Shown: positions 43,654 to 52,909, numbered from the stretch's first letter. The stretch is 64,000 nucleotides of DNA from Nitrospirota bacterium (GCA_040757475.1 JBFLWW010000002.1:23818-87817), one strand, 5' to 3'. Numbers and translations are program-made. Notes: generated from the sequence alone by a model not told the origin.

Positions 43654-45123
43654 GTGTTGATAAAGACAGCATTGAATAAGAAAAGCTTGGCCTATTCCCT
43701 TTCTGCCGGGCTTCTGACAGGGCTCTTTATTGTCCTTGTTCTTACCCTGACCAGATTCCTTTCTGACTTTGCCGGCATTTCATCTTTTAAAATCTCTATC
43801 ATTTCTGCACTCATCATTGCCCTTTTATTTAGCCCCCTCAAAAACAGGATTCAGACCCTTGTAGATAAAGTATTTTACAAGACAACATACGATTATTACG
43901 CCACCATACAGAAAGTAAGCCATAAGCTTGCTGCAACAATTGATGTAAAGAACATATATAGCTTTATTGCTGATACTGTTTTCACAACACTGAAGCCAAA
44001 AAGTGCTTATCTGTTATCAGCCGATGTTAAAGGCTATAAGGTAGTACATTTCAGGTTACCAAAAGATAGACTACCTGATGAAGGCACAGTCCAATACCAT
44101 ATATTAGATAAAAACTCTGAACTGGTTAAATTTCTAAAAAACAGGAATGATATTATCATTATTAAGGAAGAGCTACCGGGTATTGTAAACCAGGATAGAG
44201 CAGATATTATTGCAGAAGAACTAAGCCCTTTTAAAGGCGAAGTTGTAGTACCGATATTTATAGATAGCAGATTAGCCCTTTTATTAATCCTCGGAGAAAA
44301 ATTATCAGGCGACATTTTCTCTGACGAAGACATCAACCTGCTCAACACCATAGCGAATCAGTCTGCCATTGCTATAAAGAATGCCGCCCTTTATGAAGAG
44401 AAAATCCATTCAGAAAGGCTTGCGTCAACAGGCATGATGGCAGCCACCCTTGCCCATGAAATTAAAAATCCCCTTGCCTCAATAAAGGTATTCACCCAGC
44501 TCATCCCTGAGAAATATTACGACAAAGAGTTCAGAGAGACATTCTCAAAAATTGTTTCGGGTGAAATCCAGAGGATAGATAAGCTTGTTACCGAACTGCT
44601 GGATTTTTCCAAGCAACCTCCGATAGCGATAAGCAATATTACTGCCTCAAACCTGCTTGACGATACACTGGAGTTGTTCAAGGGGCAGTTTGAAGAAAAT
44701 AGCATAAAGATAATCAAAGATTACAGAGACAATTGCGATATAGCTGGAGACCCACAGAGGCTGAAGCAGGCATTAATCAACATAATAATAAACAGCTACC
44801 AGGCCATGAACTATGGAGGAGTATTAAATGTTACAATAGCCCACGAAGGTGATTATGTTAATATATCTGTCAATGATAATGGTGTCGGCATACCAGAGGA
44901 TGATCTTGAGAGGATATTTGACCCGTTCTTTACAACAAAACAGAGGGGAGCTGGTCTTGGCCTTGCCATAAGTAAAAAGATAGTGGAAGACCATGGAGGA
45001 AAAATAATGGTAACAAGCAGGAGGTCTGAGGGTACAACATTTGTCCTGTCTTTGCCCTCATTTAAGGAGATAAACTCTGGAGTGATTGATGGAGCTTATA
45101 GCGCTTCTGAGCGACAGAGATGA
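43654..45123 (+). CDS. Membrane sensor histidine kinase (TM - GAF - HisKA - HATPase_c)
   Basis: The H-box is LAHEIKNPLASI. The N, G1 and G2 boxes are intact (NSYQAM, DNGVGI, GAGLGLAI). Confidence 0.85.
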   Translation: MLIKTALNKKSLAYSLSAGLLTGLFIVLVLTLTRFLSDFAGISSFKISIISALIIALLFSPLKNRIQTLVDKVFYKTTYDYYATIQKVSHKLAATIDVKNIYSFIADTVFTTLKPKSAYLLSADVKGYKVVHFRLPKDRLPDEGTVQYHILDKNSELVKFLKNRNDIIIIKEELPGIVNQDRADIIAEELSPFKGEVVVPIFIDSRLALLLILGEKLSGDIFSDEDINLLNTIANQSAIAIKNAALYEEKIHSERLASTGMMAATLAHEIKNPLASIKVFTQLIPEKYYDKEFRETFSKIVSGEIQRIDKLVTELLDFSKQPPIAISNITASNLLDDTLELFKGQFEENSIKIIKDYRDNCDIAGDPQRLKQALINIIINSYQAMNYGGVLNVTIAHEGDYVNISVNDNGVGIPEDDLERIFDPFFTTKQRGAGLGLAISKKIVEDHGGKIMVTSRRSEGTTFVLSLPSFKEINSGVIDGAYSASERQR

Positions 45124-47050
45124 AATAATCGCCGGGGTAAAAAGGAGTCTCAGAGGTTATGCCGTATACCCGCTGAGGTCACGAGGAGAGCTCGAGGACT
45201 TACTCATAAATATGCCCATAAACCTCCTGATAGTGGATACTCTTTCCTTCAGACCTTCGCAGGCAGAAGAAATCATTCAATATTTTGACCGCGATGCAGT
45301 TATATTGATTACACATGAAAATTTCAATAAGGAAAGATTATCATGGATTTCGAATATAGTTAATATCAAATCAATCCCCGAAGAACTCTTAGGGGTTGTT
45401 GAGAGAATGATAGAAAAAAAGAGGTATCAAGATAAAATAGACATACTAAGCACTATCAGTCGTAAGCATCCTGCCGGACCATCATTCCATGATGTCACTG
45501 AAATAATAGAATCCCCTGGTGGGAGGCTCCTGCACGAGCAGGTACTGATAAATTTTGCAAAGACCCTTACAGCAAGCTTTGACATAAAAAAGCTTTTTAT
45601 ACATTTCATGGACTCTGTCATGGAAATCACACGTGTCAGTAAGATGTCCATTATACTTAAGGAAAAGAATGTTTTCACTATTAGGGCATACCGGGGAATA
45701 GACCCTTATATTGCAGAAAACATAAGGCTAACCAACGATAGTGCCTTAATCAAATGGCTTGCGAGACACGGCAGGATAATGCACAAATCCCTTAGCATTG
45801 ATGATAAATTACAAATGGATATCCTCAGGGAGATGGAGCTACTACAGTGCGTAATCTCCTTTCCCATAATATACAAAGGCAAACTTATAGGGATTTTCAA
45901 CATTAACAATAAAATTACAGGCGAACCATTCAATAAGGGTGAGCTTGAGGTTATTTATATGCTTTGTAATTACCTTGCTACAGCAGTAAAGGACATTGAC
46001 CTTTACCATCAGATACAGTACCAGAAGGAATTCACAAAAAATATCCTCTCCAACATGCAGAGCGGAGTCATCACGATAAACAGGGATAAGCACATCAGCC
46101 TATTCAACCAGAGGGCATCTGAGATTTTAAATATAAATCCTGCGGAGATGATAGGGAGTGACCTGAGAAAACTTCCGTCACCACTGTGTGACATACTCTA
46201 CGAAACTATGACTGAAGGCACCTCTTACAAACGGCATGAAATAGTAATACAACCCAGCAAACTTCCCCTTGGTATAAACAGCTACAGGCTCACAGATGAA
46301 GACAAAAATCCAATCGGTGCGGCCATTGTATTCGCAGACCTTTCTGACCTGAAAAGGCTTGAGGAAGAGAGGAGGAAGGCAGAAAGACTTGAGGCCATCA
46401 ACATCCTCACAGGTAAAATAGCACACGAAATAAAAAACCCCCTTACCGCAATACAGACATTTGCGCAGCTTTTCAATGAAAGGTATGGCGATGAAGAATT
46501 CAAAAACTTTTTTACTACAAGCATTATGCGGTCAATACATCAGATTGACAACCTTGTTGATAAATTAGTTATCTTCTCAAGCCCTCTGGACTACAGATTC
46601 GAGAAGATAGATATTAATGAAATAATTGATGATGCTATAACCCAGGCATGGAAAGATATACCACCGGGGGTAAGCTTGGGGAGGTTGATTAAAGAAAACA
46701 TCAAGAGGTCAGTATTTGTGTCAGCAGACAGAAGGCTTTTGACCAAGGCACTTTATTACCTTATACTTACAGGTGCTGAGAGATCACCAAAAGACGAGTC
46801 TGTCTTAATAGGTGTAAGGTCACCTGAAGATAAAAATTCAGGTATTGAAATATCAATAAGGTTTTCTGGCATGGCATTTACTGACGAAGAGAAAAACCGC
46901 ATATCAAGGCCATTGCTCGATATGGATACCTTCGGTATAGAACTCAATGTGCCTATCAGCCAAAAGATTATAGAAGAGCATGGCGGCAATATTCAGATCA
47001 GGAGTGGAGATGAAGGTAATACCTTTGTTATCACCCTTCCTATTCATTGA
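45089..47050 (+). CDS. Cytoplasmic histidine-kinase-like protein (pseudo-receiver - GAF - PAS - HisKA - degenerate HATPase)
   Basis: The H-box IAHEIKNPLTAI is present. The ATP-lid G1/G2 motifs are not recognisable (RFSGMAFTDEE in place of DxGxG). It overlaps the upstream kinase by about 35 nt. Confidence 0.7.
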   Translation: MELIALLSDRDEIIAGVKRSLRGYAVYPLRSRGELEDLLINMPINLLIVDTLSFRPSQAEEIIQYFDRDAVILITHENFNKERLSWISNIVNIKSIPEELLGVVERMIEKKRYQDKIDILSTISRKHPAGPSFHDVTEIIESPGGRLLHEQVLINFAKTLTASFDIKKLFIHFMDSVMEITRVSKMSIILKEKNVFTIRAYRGIDPYIAENIRLTNDSALIKWLARHGRIMHKSLSIDDKLQMDILREMELLQCVISFPIIYKGKLIGIFNINNKITGEPFNKGELEVIYMLCNYLATAVKDIDLYHQIQYQKEFTKNILSNMQSGVITINRDKHISLFNQRASEILNINPAEMIGSDLRKLPSPLCDILYETMTEGTSYKRHEIVIQPSKLPLGINSYRLTDEDKNPIGAAIVFADLSDLKRLEEERRKAERLEAINILTGKIAHEIKNPLTAIQTFAQLFNERYGDEEFKNFFTTSIMRSIHQIDNLVDKLVIFSSPLDYRFEKIDINEIIDDAITQAWKDIPPGVSLGRLIKENIKRSVFVSADRRLLTKALYYLILTGAERSPKDESVLIGVRSPEDKNSGIEISIRFSGMAFTDEEKNRISRPLLDMDTFGIELNVPISQKIIEEHGGNIQIRSGDEGNTFVITLPIH

Positions 47051-47086
47051 ACCAACAGGCATTTCGTATAGAAAGGAAAAGCACGG

Positions 47087-48109
47087 ATGAATAATGAAGG
47101 AAAGATTCTTATCGTAGACGATGAACTCGGGCCGAGAGAAGCCATAAGGATGATACTGAAGGACAGGTATGATGTGACAACTGCATCAGGGGCAAGAGAA
47201 GGGTTCAGCCATCTAGCAAAAAACAGATTCGACCTGATAGTCCTCGATATCAAGATGCCGGACATGGATGGCATTACTGCTTTAAAAGAGATAAAAAGGA
47301 TGTATCCTGATACCGAGGTCATCATGATAACAGCCTATGCCAGTATCGAAACAGCAAGGAGTGCTATTCGTTTCGGCGCCCTTGATTATCTGATAAAACC
47401 CTTCGATAAGGACGATGTGATAAATGTGATCGAACGCGGACTGCTAAAAAGACGCAATCTGAAAAAATCTATATCAGAGTATGAGAATCTATTACATACT
47501 AAAAAATATCTTGAAGACCAAATAGAAACTGCCAGACAGAATTTTATAATATGTTATGAAGGGACCATAAAGGCTTTGATACGTGCAATAGATGCTAAAG
47601 ACCACTACACCTTTGACCACTCTGAACATGTAGCAAAACTATCCTCAGCAATAGCAGATGAACTCGGATTTTCAAAAATTATGAGAGATAAACTCGAACA
47701 GGCAGCCATCATACACGACATAGGGAAGATAGGGGTAAACGAGCAGATATTAAGAAAAGAAGGGTTACTCACTACAAGTGAATTTGCTGAGATAAAGAAA
47801 CACCCTGAGATTGGCGTCAGGATTGTCAATGCAGTCCCTTTCCTTGAAGATACAGTCCAGGTAATCCTCTACCACCACGAGAGATTTGACGGCACAGGAT
47901 TTCCTGAAGGACTTAAAAGAAATGAGATACCATTGCAGGTGAGGATTGTTACAATCGCAGATGCTATAGACGCTATGATGCATGACAGACCGTACAGAAA
48001 GGCCCTCTCTCATAGCCAGCTCATTGACGAGCTCAAGAAAGGTGCTGGCATCCAGTTTGACCCTGAGATTGTAAGCCTGATAACAGACAAAAAAATTAAC
48101 CTGTTTTAA
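47087..48109 (+). CDS. Response regulator with HD-GYP phosphodiesterase domain (RpfG-like)
   Basis: The REC domain has ILIVDDE and DLIVLDIKMPDMDG. The HD-GYP domain has HDIGKIGV and HHERFDGTGFP. Confidence 0.85.
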   Translation: MNNEGKILIVDDELGPREAIRMILKDRYDVTTASGAREGFSHLAKNRFDLIVLDIKMPDMDGITALKEIKRMYPDTEVIMITAYASIETARSAIRFGALDYLIKPFDKDDVINVIERGLLKRRNLKKSISEYENLLHTKKYLEDQIETARQNFIICYEGTIKALIRAIDAKDHYTFDHSEHVAKLSSAIADELGFSKIMRDKLEQAAIIHDIGKIGVNEQILRKEGLLTTSEFAEIKKHPEIGVRIVNAVPFLEDTVQVILYHHERFDGTGFPEGLKRNEIPLQVRIVTIADAIDAMMHDRPYRKALSHSQLIDELKKGAGIQFDPEIVSLITDKKINLF

Positions 48110-48122
48110 CACAAGCAATACG

Positions 48123-49214
48123 GTGATGTTAATCCTTGGAATAGATACCTCCTGTGATGATACATGTGCGTCAGTCGTCGAAGACGGGGTCAGAATAATC
48201 TCCAATATCGTCTCGACCCAGACAGAGATACATAAGAAATACGGTGGCATTGTGCCTGAGCTTGCATCAAGAAGACACATAGAGATGATATGGCCTGTTG
48301 TTGATGAGGCAGTGAAAGGCGCAGGGATTGAACCTGAAGACCTGTCTGCTATAGCAGTATGCCATGGTCCAGGACTGATAGGTTCCCTCCTCATAGGCTG
48401 TTCCTTTGCAAAGGCGATATGCTATTCAAAAAATGTCCCTCTTGTTACTGTAAACCACCTTGAGGGTCATATATTCTCTTGTTTTTTAAGGGAAGGGGGT
48501 TTCATGGAGGAAACTCCGTTTCCCCCATGCACTCCTGAATTTCCATTCCTATCCCTCATCGTCTCAGGAGGCCACACATGCCTCTACAGGGTTGATGGCT
48601 TTGGTAGATATAGAGAACTCGGCAGAACACGGGATGATGCTGCAGGTGAGGCATATGACAAGGTCTCAAAACTCCTTGGTCTCGGATACCCTGGCGGCCC
48701 TGTTATAGATAAACTCGCACAGGATGGAAACCCTGATGCAGCAGATTTCCCGAGGCCGTATCTGCCTGAATCCTTTGATTTCAGCTTCAGCGGACTTAAA
48801 ACCGCAGTGCTGAATTTCGTAAAAACAACAGTCATTAGTCAACAGTCATTAGTCAGTAGTCAAAAAACCAGTGACCAATGTCCAATGACCAATGACCAAT
48901 CCCACTTGTCACTGGCGGATATTGCTGCATCATTTCAGGCATCTGTAGTAGATGTACTTGTAAAGAAAACAGAATGGGCAGTAAAAAAAGAACGGATAAA
49001 AAGGGTTGCCCTCTCAGGTGGAGTCTCTGCAAACAGTGAATTGAGAAAAGGGATGAAGGGAATGGGTGATGCGATAGGAGTGGAGATATTTATACCTCCT
49101 GTATCATTGTGCACAGATAATGCTGCCATGATTGCTGGAGCTGGATATCATCATTTCAATGCCGGCAATATTGCAGGGCTTGATCTCAATCCACAGGCGT
49201 ATCTGCCGCTATAA
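48123..49214 (+). CDS. tsaD: tRNA N6-adenosine threonylcarbamoyltransferase TsaD with an 84-nt in-frame repeat insertion
   Basis: Contains ILGIDTSCDDT, HLEGH, SGGHT and FSFSGLKT. The ORF is 363 aa versus about 335-340 aa typical. Confidence 0.9.
   Translation: MMLILGIDTSCDDTCASVVEDGVRIISNIVSTQTEIHKKYGGIVPELASRRHIEMIWPVVDEAVKGAGIEPEDLSAIAVCHGPGLIGSLLIGCSFAKAICYSKNVPLVTVNHLEGHIFSCFLREGGFMEETPFPPCTPEFPFLSLIVSGGHTCLYRVDGFGRYRELGRTRDDAAGEAYDKVSKLLGLGYPGGPVIDKLAQDGNPDAADFPRPYLPESFDFSFSGLKTAVLNFVKTTVISQQSLVSSQKTSDQCPMTNDQSHLSLADIAASFQASVVDVLVKKTEWAVKKERIKRVALSGGVSANSELRKGMKGMGDAIGVEIFIPPVSLCTDNAAMIAGAGYHHFNAGNIAGLDLNPQAYLPL
48827..48910 (+). repeat. 12-unit (84 nt = 28 codons) composite inverted heptamer element inside tsaD
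   Basis: aacagtc attagtc aacagtc attagtc agtagtc aaaaaac cagtgac caatgtc caatgac caatgac caatccc acttgtc. Confidence 0.9.
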
Positions 49215-49216
49215 AT

Positions 49217-49244
49217 AGTTTCTTGAGTTACAAACCAAGAAACT
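49217..49244 (+). terminator. Hairpin after tsaD
   Basis: AGTTTCTTG (49217-25) pairs with CAAGAAACT (49236-44) around a 10-nt loop. There is no U-tract. Confidence 0.3.
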
Positions 49245-49271
49245 CAATGAACTCAACAAACTCAATAAACT
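49241..49271 (+). repeat. 9-nt tandem repeat (AACTCAATG / AACTCAACA / AACTCAATA / AACT)
   Basis: Read directly from the sequence. It lies just upstream of a TTGTAA-18-TATAAT promoter (49271-49300) for thiD. Confidence 0.6.
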
Positions 49272-49308
49272 TGTAAATCCCTTTCCTGCAAGGGTATAAT
49301 GCCTTAAG

Positions 49309-50073
49309 ATGAAAATTGCTCTATCAATAGCCGGTTCTGACCCAACAGGGGGTGCTGGACTACAGGCAGATTTAAAAGTCTTCAGAGCCTTTGAGGTACA
49401 CGGGCTTTCTGTGGTATCTGCCATTACTGCACAAAATACAGAAGGTGTAGATTCCATCTTGCCTGTTGACAAAAATTTCTTTGAAAAACAGCTTGATATA
49501 CTTCTATCCGATATCAGGCCGGATGCAATAAAAATAGGGATGCTCTATAGCAGGTGGGCTGTTGAACTTGTTGCTAAGATGTTAAATAGTTATTCATTGA
49601 GCAACCTTGTTATTGACCCTGTTGGTGTCTCATCATCAGGCACAAGCCTTGTTGACAATGAAACCTTAGATGCGATAAGGGAAAGACTCTTCCCTTATTC
49701 GAGGGTTATAACACCAAATATCTATGAAGCATCAGTGCTTACCTGTATTAACATAGAAGATAAGGATGATATGGGGAAAGCCGCCAGGGTCTTGAAAGAT
49801 ATGGGGCCTGAGGTTGTTGTCATTACAGGAGAACATCTGGATAGAGTTGTTTTAGACCTTTATTACAACGGGGACTTTCGCCATCTCGAGAGTGAAAAAA
49901 TAGAGGGCGAATATCATGGGACAGGCTGTGTATTTTCTGCAGCCATCACTGCATTGCTCGCCCTCGGCAATAATAGCCCTCTCGAATCTGTCAGAAGGGC
50001 AAAGGAATTCATGAATAATGCAATAAAGAAGGCTTACCATCCCGGCAGAGGGATGGGATTACTCTATATATAA
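49309..50073 (+). CDS. thiD: Hydroxymethylpyrimidine/phosphomethylpyrimidine kinase ThiD
   Basis: Contains IAGSDPTGGAGLQADLKVF and GTGCVFSAAI. Confidence 0.9.
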   Translation: MKIALSIAGSDPTGGAGLQADLKVFRAFEVHGLSVVSAITAQNTEGVDSILPVDKNFFEKQLDILLSDIRPDAIKIGMLYSRWAVELVAKMLNSYSLSNLVIDPVGVSSSGTSLVDNETLDAIRERLFPYSRVITPNIYEASVLTCINIEDKDDMGKAARVLKDMGPEVVVITGEHLDRVVLDLYYNGDFRHLESEKIEGEYHGTGCVFSAAITALLALGNNSPLESVRRAKEFMNNAIKKAYHPGRGMGLLYI

Positions 50074-50082
50074 TAAGGTAAC

Positions 50083-51426
50083 ATGCCGAAGGTAAAGACC
50101 TTTTATCAATGCCAGTCCTGTGGCTATACAAGCCCTAAGTGGCTCGGTAAGTGCCCTGACTGTGGGACATGGAATAGCCTTGTTGAAGAAAGGAAAGAGG
50201 CGGTTAGGAGTCTCGGCAAATCCGAACCAATATCCCTGAGTTCAATCACAGGTGAATACAAACAGAGAACATCCACAGGGATAAAAGAGCTCGACAGGGT
50301 TTTAGGAGGTGGGGTCGTCGCTGGTTCTGTTGTTCTCGTTGGAGGTGACCCTGGCATAGGAAAGTCCACACTGCTAATACAGGCAATCTCAGGCCTTTCA
50401 AAAAAATGCGGAAAGGTTCTTTATGTATCAGGTGAAGAATCTCCCGAGCAGATAAAGCTCAGGGCAGATAGACTCTCGATTAATTCATCCGAGATAATCC
50501 TGCTTTCAGAGACTTCACTCGAAGGCATTGTTGATACTGCCTCAAAAATCTCTCCAAAGGTAATGGTCGTGGATTCTATCCAGACTGTCTATACACAGGA
50601 ACTCGTCTCTGCCCCGGGCTCTGTAGGCCAGGTAAGGGACTGTGCAACAAAATTAATGCTCTTTGCAAAAAGGTCAGAAGTCCCTGTGTTCCTGGTCGGC
50701 CATGTCACAAAGGAGGGGGCAATCGCTGGTCCACGTGTACTTGAACATATTGTTGACACAGTCCTTTATTTCGAAGGCGACAGGGGATATTCATATCGAA
50801 TACTTCGGACCGTAAAAAACCGCTTCGGCTCAACAAACGAGATAGGGGTCTTTGAGATGTCTGATTCCGGTCTTCGAGAAGTGGAAAACCCGTCAGAGTT
50901 ATTCATTTCAGAAAGACCATTGAATGTTTCAGGTTCAATAGTTGTTGCCAGCCTTGAAGGCACAAGACCTATTATGGTGGAGATGCAGGCACTTGTCTCA
51001 CCGACTAACTTCGGTATACCTCGTAGAACAACCATAGGTGTTGACTTTAACAGGGTAAACCTCCTCGTTGCTGTGCTTGAAAAAAGGGCAGGATTCCACT
51101 TAGGAGGTATGGATATATTTGTAAATGTTGTTGGTGGACTCAGGATAATCGAGCCTGCTGTTGACCTCGGTATTGCTACAACAATAGCCTCATCTCTCAG
51201 AGAAGTATCTGCAGACCCCAGAACCTTTGTCTTTGGCGAGATTGGCCTTTCAGGGGAGATCAGGGCAGTTACTCAGGCAGAACAAAGACTGAAGGAGGCA
51301 TCAAAGGTAGGGTTTAAGCAGGCTGTTATACCTCTGGCTAACCTTGAAAAAATAAAAAACAATTTCGGATTAAAAATAACAGGAGTAAAAGATATTGAAG
51401 ACGGTCTCACAGCTCTCCTCCATTAA
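50083..51426 (+). CDS. radA: DNA repair protein RadA
   Basis: Zinc finger CQSCGYTSPKWLGKCPDCGTWNS, Walker A GDPGIGKST, the KNRFG motif and a Lon-like C-terminal domain. Confidence 0.9.
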   Translation: MPKVKTFYQCQSCGYTSPKWLGKCPDCGTWNSLVEERKEAVRSLGKSEPISLSSITGEYKQRTSTGIKELDRVLGGGVVAGSVVLVGGDPGIGKSTLLIQAISGLSKKCGKVLYVSGEESPEQIKLRADRLSINSSEIILLSETSLEGIVDTASKISPKVMVVDSIQTVYTQELVSAPGSVGQVRDCATKLMLFAKRSEVPVFLVGHVTKEGAIAGPRVLEHIVDTVLYFEGDRGYSYRILRTVKNRFGSTNEIGVFEMSDSGLREVENPSELFISERPLNVSGSIVVASLEGTRPIMVEMQALVSPTNFGIPRRTTIGVDFNRVNLLVAVLEKRAGFHLGGMDIFVNVVGGLRIIEPAVDLGIATTIASSLREVSADPRTFVFGEIGLSGEIRAVTQAEQRLKEASKVGFKQAVIPLANLEKIKNNFGLKITGVKDIEDGLTALLH

Positions 51427-51434
51427 AACTAAAT

Positions 51435-51525
51435 TAGAAATGAGAAATGGGAAATGGGAAGTAGGAAATGGGCGGTTAAGATTTTACTTCTTACTTCTCA
51501 CTTCTTACTTCTTACTTCTCACTTT
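51435..51525 (+). repeat. 13-unit composite inverted heptamer element (GGAAATG-type arm / TTACTTC-type arm) downstream of radA
   Basis: tagaaat gagaaat gggaaat gggaagt aggaaat gggcggt taagatt ttacttc ttacttc tcacttc ttacttc ttacttc tcacttt. Confidence 0.9.
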
Positions 51526-52099
51526 ATTCTCCTGTGCAGCACCACGGGTGGAGATACCCGTATATGAAGGAGTTGATGTAAAGGATGTCCTTTCTTCGAA
51601 AAACCGTATTTCAGCCATAGAGACCACATTTTCCATCATCTTTGAAAAAAATGATACTGAGATAAGAGGAGATGCAACACTGAATATCTCCCGTAATGGA
51701 AACCTGAGCCTGCGTGTCTATTCCCTTGGATTTCTTGCACTTGAACTCACATCTGATAATGGCATTATAAAAAGCAATCCGAGTCTTGACAGGAACAAAA
51801 ACGCAATCCTTACATCCGGCCTGAAAGACTGCCTTTTCTGGTGGGATATAAAAGACTTTGAGATTGATGAAAGAGATGATACCTACATCCTTAAAAATCT
51901 TTCGAGAAAGATATGGATAGACAGAAAAACAATGCTTCCCCGGAAACAGATAATCTCCCTTGAAGATGGCAGAGAATTAAAGGTGTATTATGAAGGTTCT
52001 GAGAAGGAAGGTGATATCTGGTATCCTGCAAAAATGAGGATAGAACTCTCTAAATATTCTGTGACATTGAGGATTAAGGGTATATCATTCACTATTTAA
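51440..52099 (+). CDS. Outer-membrane lipoprotein, LolB/DUF4292-like (putative); signal peptide wholly repeat-encoded
   Basis: Starts MRNGKWEVGNGRLRFYFLLLTSYFLLLTLFSC with an LFSC lipobox. The family call is weak. Confidence 0.45.
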   Translation: MRNGKWEVGNGRLRFYFLLLTSYFLLLTLFSCAAPRVEIPVYEGVDVKDVLSSKNRISAIETTFSIIFEKNDTEIRGDATLNISRNGNLSLRVYSLGFLALELTSDNGIIKSNPSLDRNKNAILTSGLKDCLFWWDIKDFEIDERDDTYILKNLSRKIWIDRKTMLPRKQIISLEDGRELKVYYEGSEKEGDIWYPAKMRIELSKYSVTLRIKGISFTI

Positions 52100-52903
52100 A
52101 CCGAGGTCTACTGCTACAGTCTTTATTATCGAACCGTTTATAACCTCTGTTTTAAACAGATAACCCTCAAGTAGTGCATTATCACAGATAGTGTTTATCA
52201 GCCTCGGCACACCTTTTGAGTAGTTGTAAATAAGCATTATAGCCTCATCCGAGAATATATCTCTATTGCATCCCGCAATTCTAAGTCTGTGTTTTATGTA
52301 ATCCCTTGTATTATCCTCAGAGAATGACTTCAGTTTTACTCTAACAGCCACCCTCTGTTTAAGAGGTTCATCTAAAGAGAGGACATCTTCAAGCTCTGTC
52401 AGGCCAAAAAATACAAAATTTATCATCTTTCCTTCAGAGATCTCCATATTCAGAAGCCCCCTGAATTCCTCCATAAGCTCCCTCGAGCTCAGCATCTGGA
52501 CCTCATCAATAAGCACAACTGCTGTTTTCCCATGTTCATTTATCTCGTGTAGCCTTTTATACATCTGACTGAGAAGTTCAATCTTATTTTCCTTCAGGTC
52601 CTTTACACCAAGCTGTATCGCAAATTTTCTGAGCAGCCACTCTGCGCTGACAGACGAGTGAATTACTACAAGGAGTGCTGCCTCATATATTTCCTCATTC
52701 AACTCCTCAAGGAGCCTCCTTGCAAGTGTCGTCTTTCCGGTCCCTGCATCCCCTATAACAACAGCAAGGCCTTTTTTGGTATCTATGGCATATCTCAACC
52801 TTATAAGGGCCTCTGAGTGCTGGATACTGTTATAATAAAACCTGCTGTTAACCACATTCGAGAATGGGTGTTCTTTAAGGTTATAGTATTCTAAATAGTC
52901 CAT
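52085..52903 (-). CDS. ExeA/GspA/MshM-like AAA ATPase
   Basis: Starts YYNLKEHPFSNV. Walker A is GDAGTGKTT and Walker B is VVLIDEVQ. 272 aa. Confidence 0.75.
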   Translation of the reverse strand: MDYLEYYNLKEHPFSNVVNSRFYYNSIQHSEALIRLRYAIDTKKGLAVVIGDAGTGKTTLARRLLEELNEEIYEAALLVVIHSSVSAEWLLRKFAIQLGVKDLKENKIELLSQMYKRLHEINEHGKTAVVLIDEVQMLSSRELMEEFRGLLNMEISEGKMINFVFFGLTELEDVLSLDEPLKQRVAVRVKLKSFSEDNTRDYIKHRLRIAGCNRDIFSDEAIMLIYNYSKGVPRLINTICDNALLEGYLFKTEVINGSIIKTVAVDLGLNSE

Positions 52904-52909
52904 ATCTTC

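Noticed and set aside
47765-48394. Long antisense ORFs in the track: 47765-48394 (209 aa), 33113-33811 (232 aa), 53489-54109 (206 aa), 31624-32136 (170 aa), 40258-40677 (139 aa), and most other 60-130-aa entries.
   Set aside because: Each lies opposite a strongly supported gene (the HD-GYP regulator/tsaD, murD/ftsW, the TPR protein, dacA, ftsZ). They have low-complexity or Ser/Pro/Cys-rich translations and no RBS. They are shadow ORFs.
49241-49271. The 9-nt tandem repeat upstream of thiD as a member of the heptamer family.
   Set aside because: It has a different period (9) and an unrelated unit (AACTCAAYR). It is noted as a separate minor repeat of unknown significance.
49215-49308. A TPP riboswitch upstream of thiD.
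   Set aside because: The gap is only 94 nt. It is occupied by a hairpin, a 9-nt tandem repeat and a promoter. I cannot find the conserved CUGAGA/ACCUGAUCUGGAUAAUGCCAGCG-type elements.
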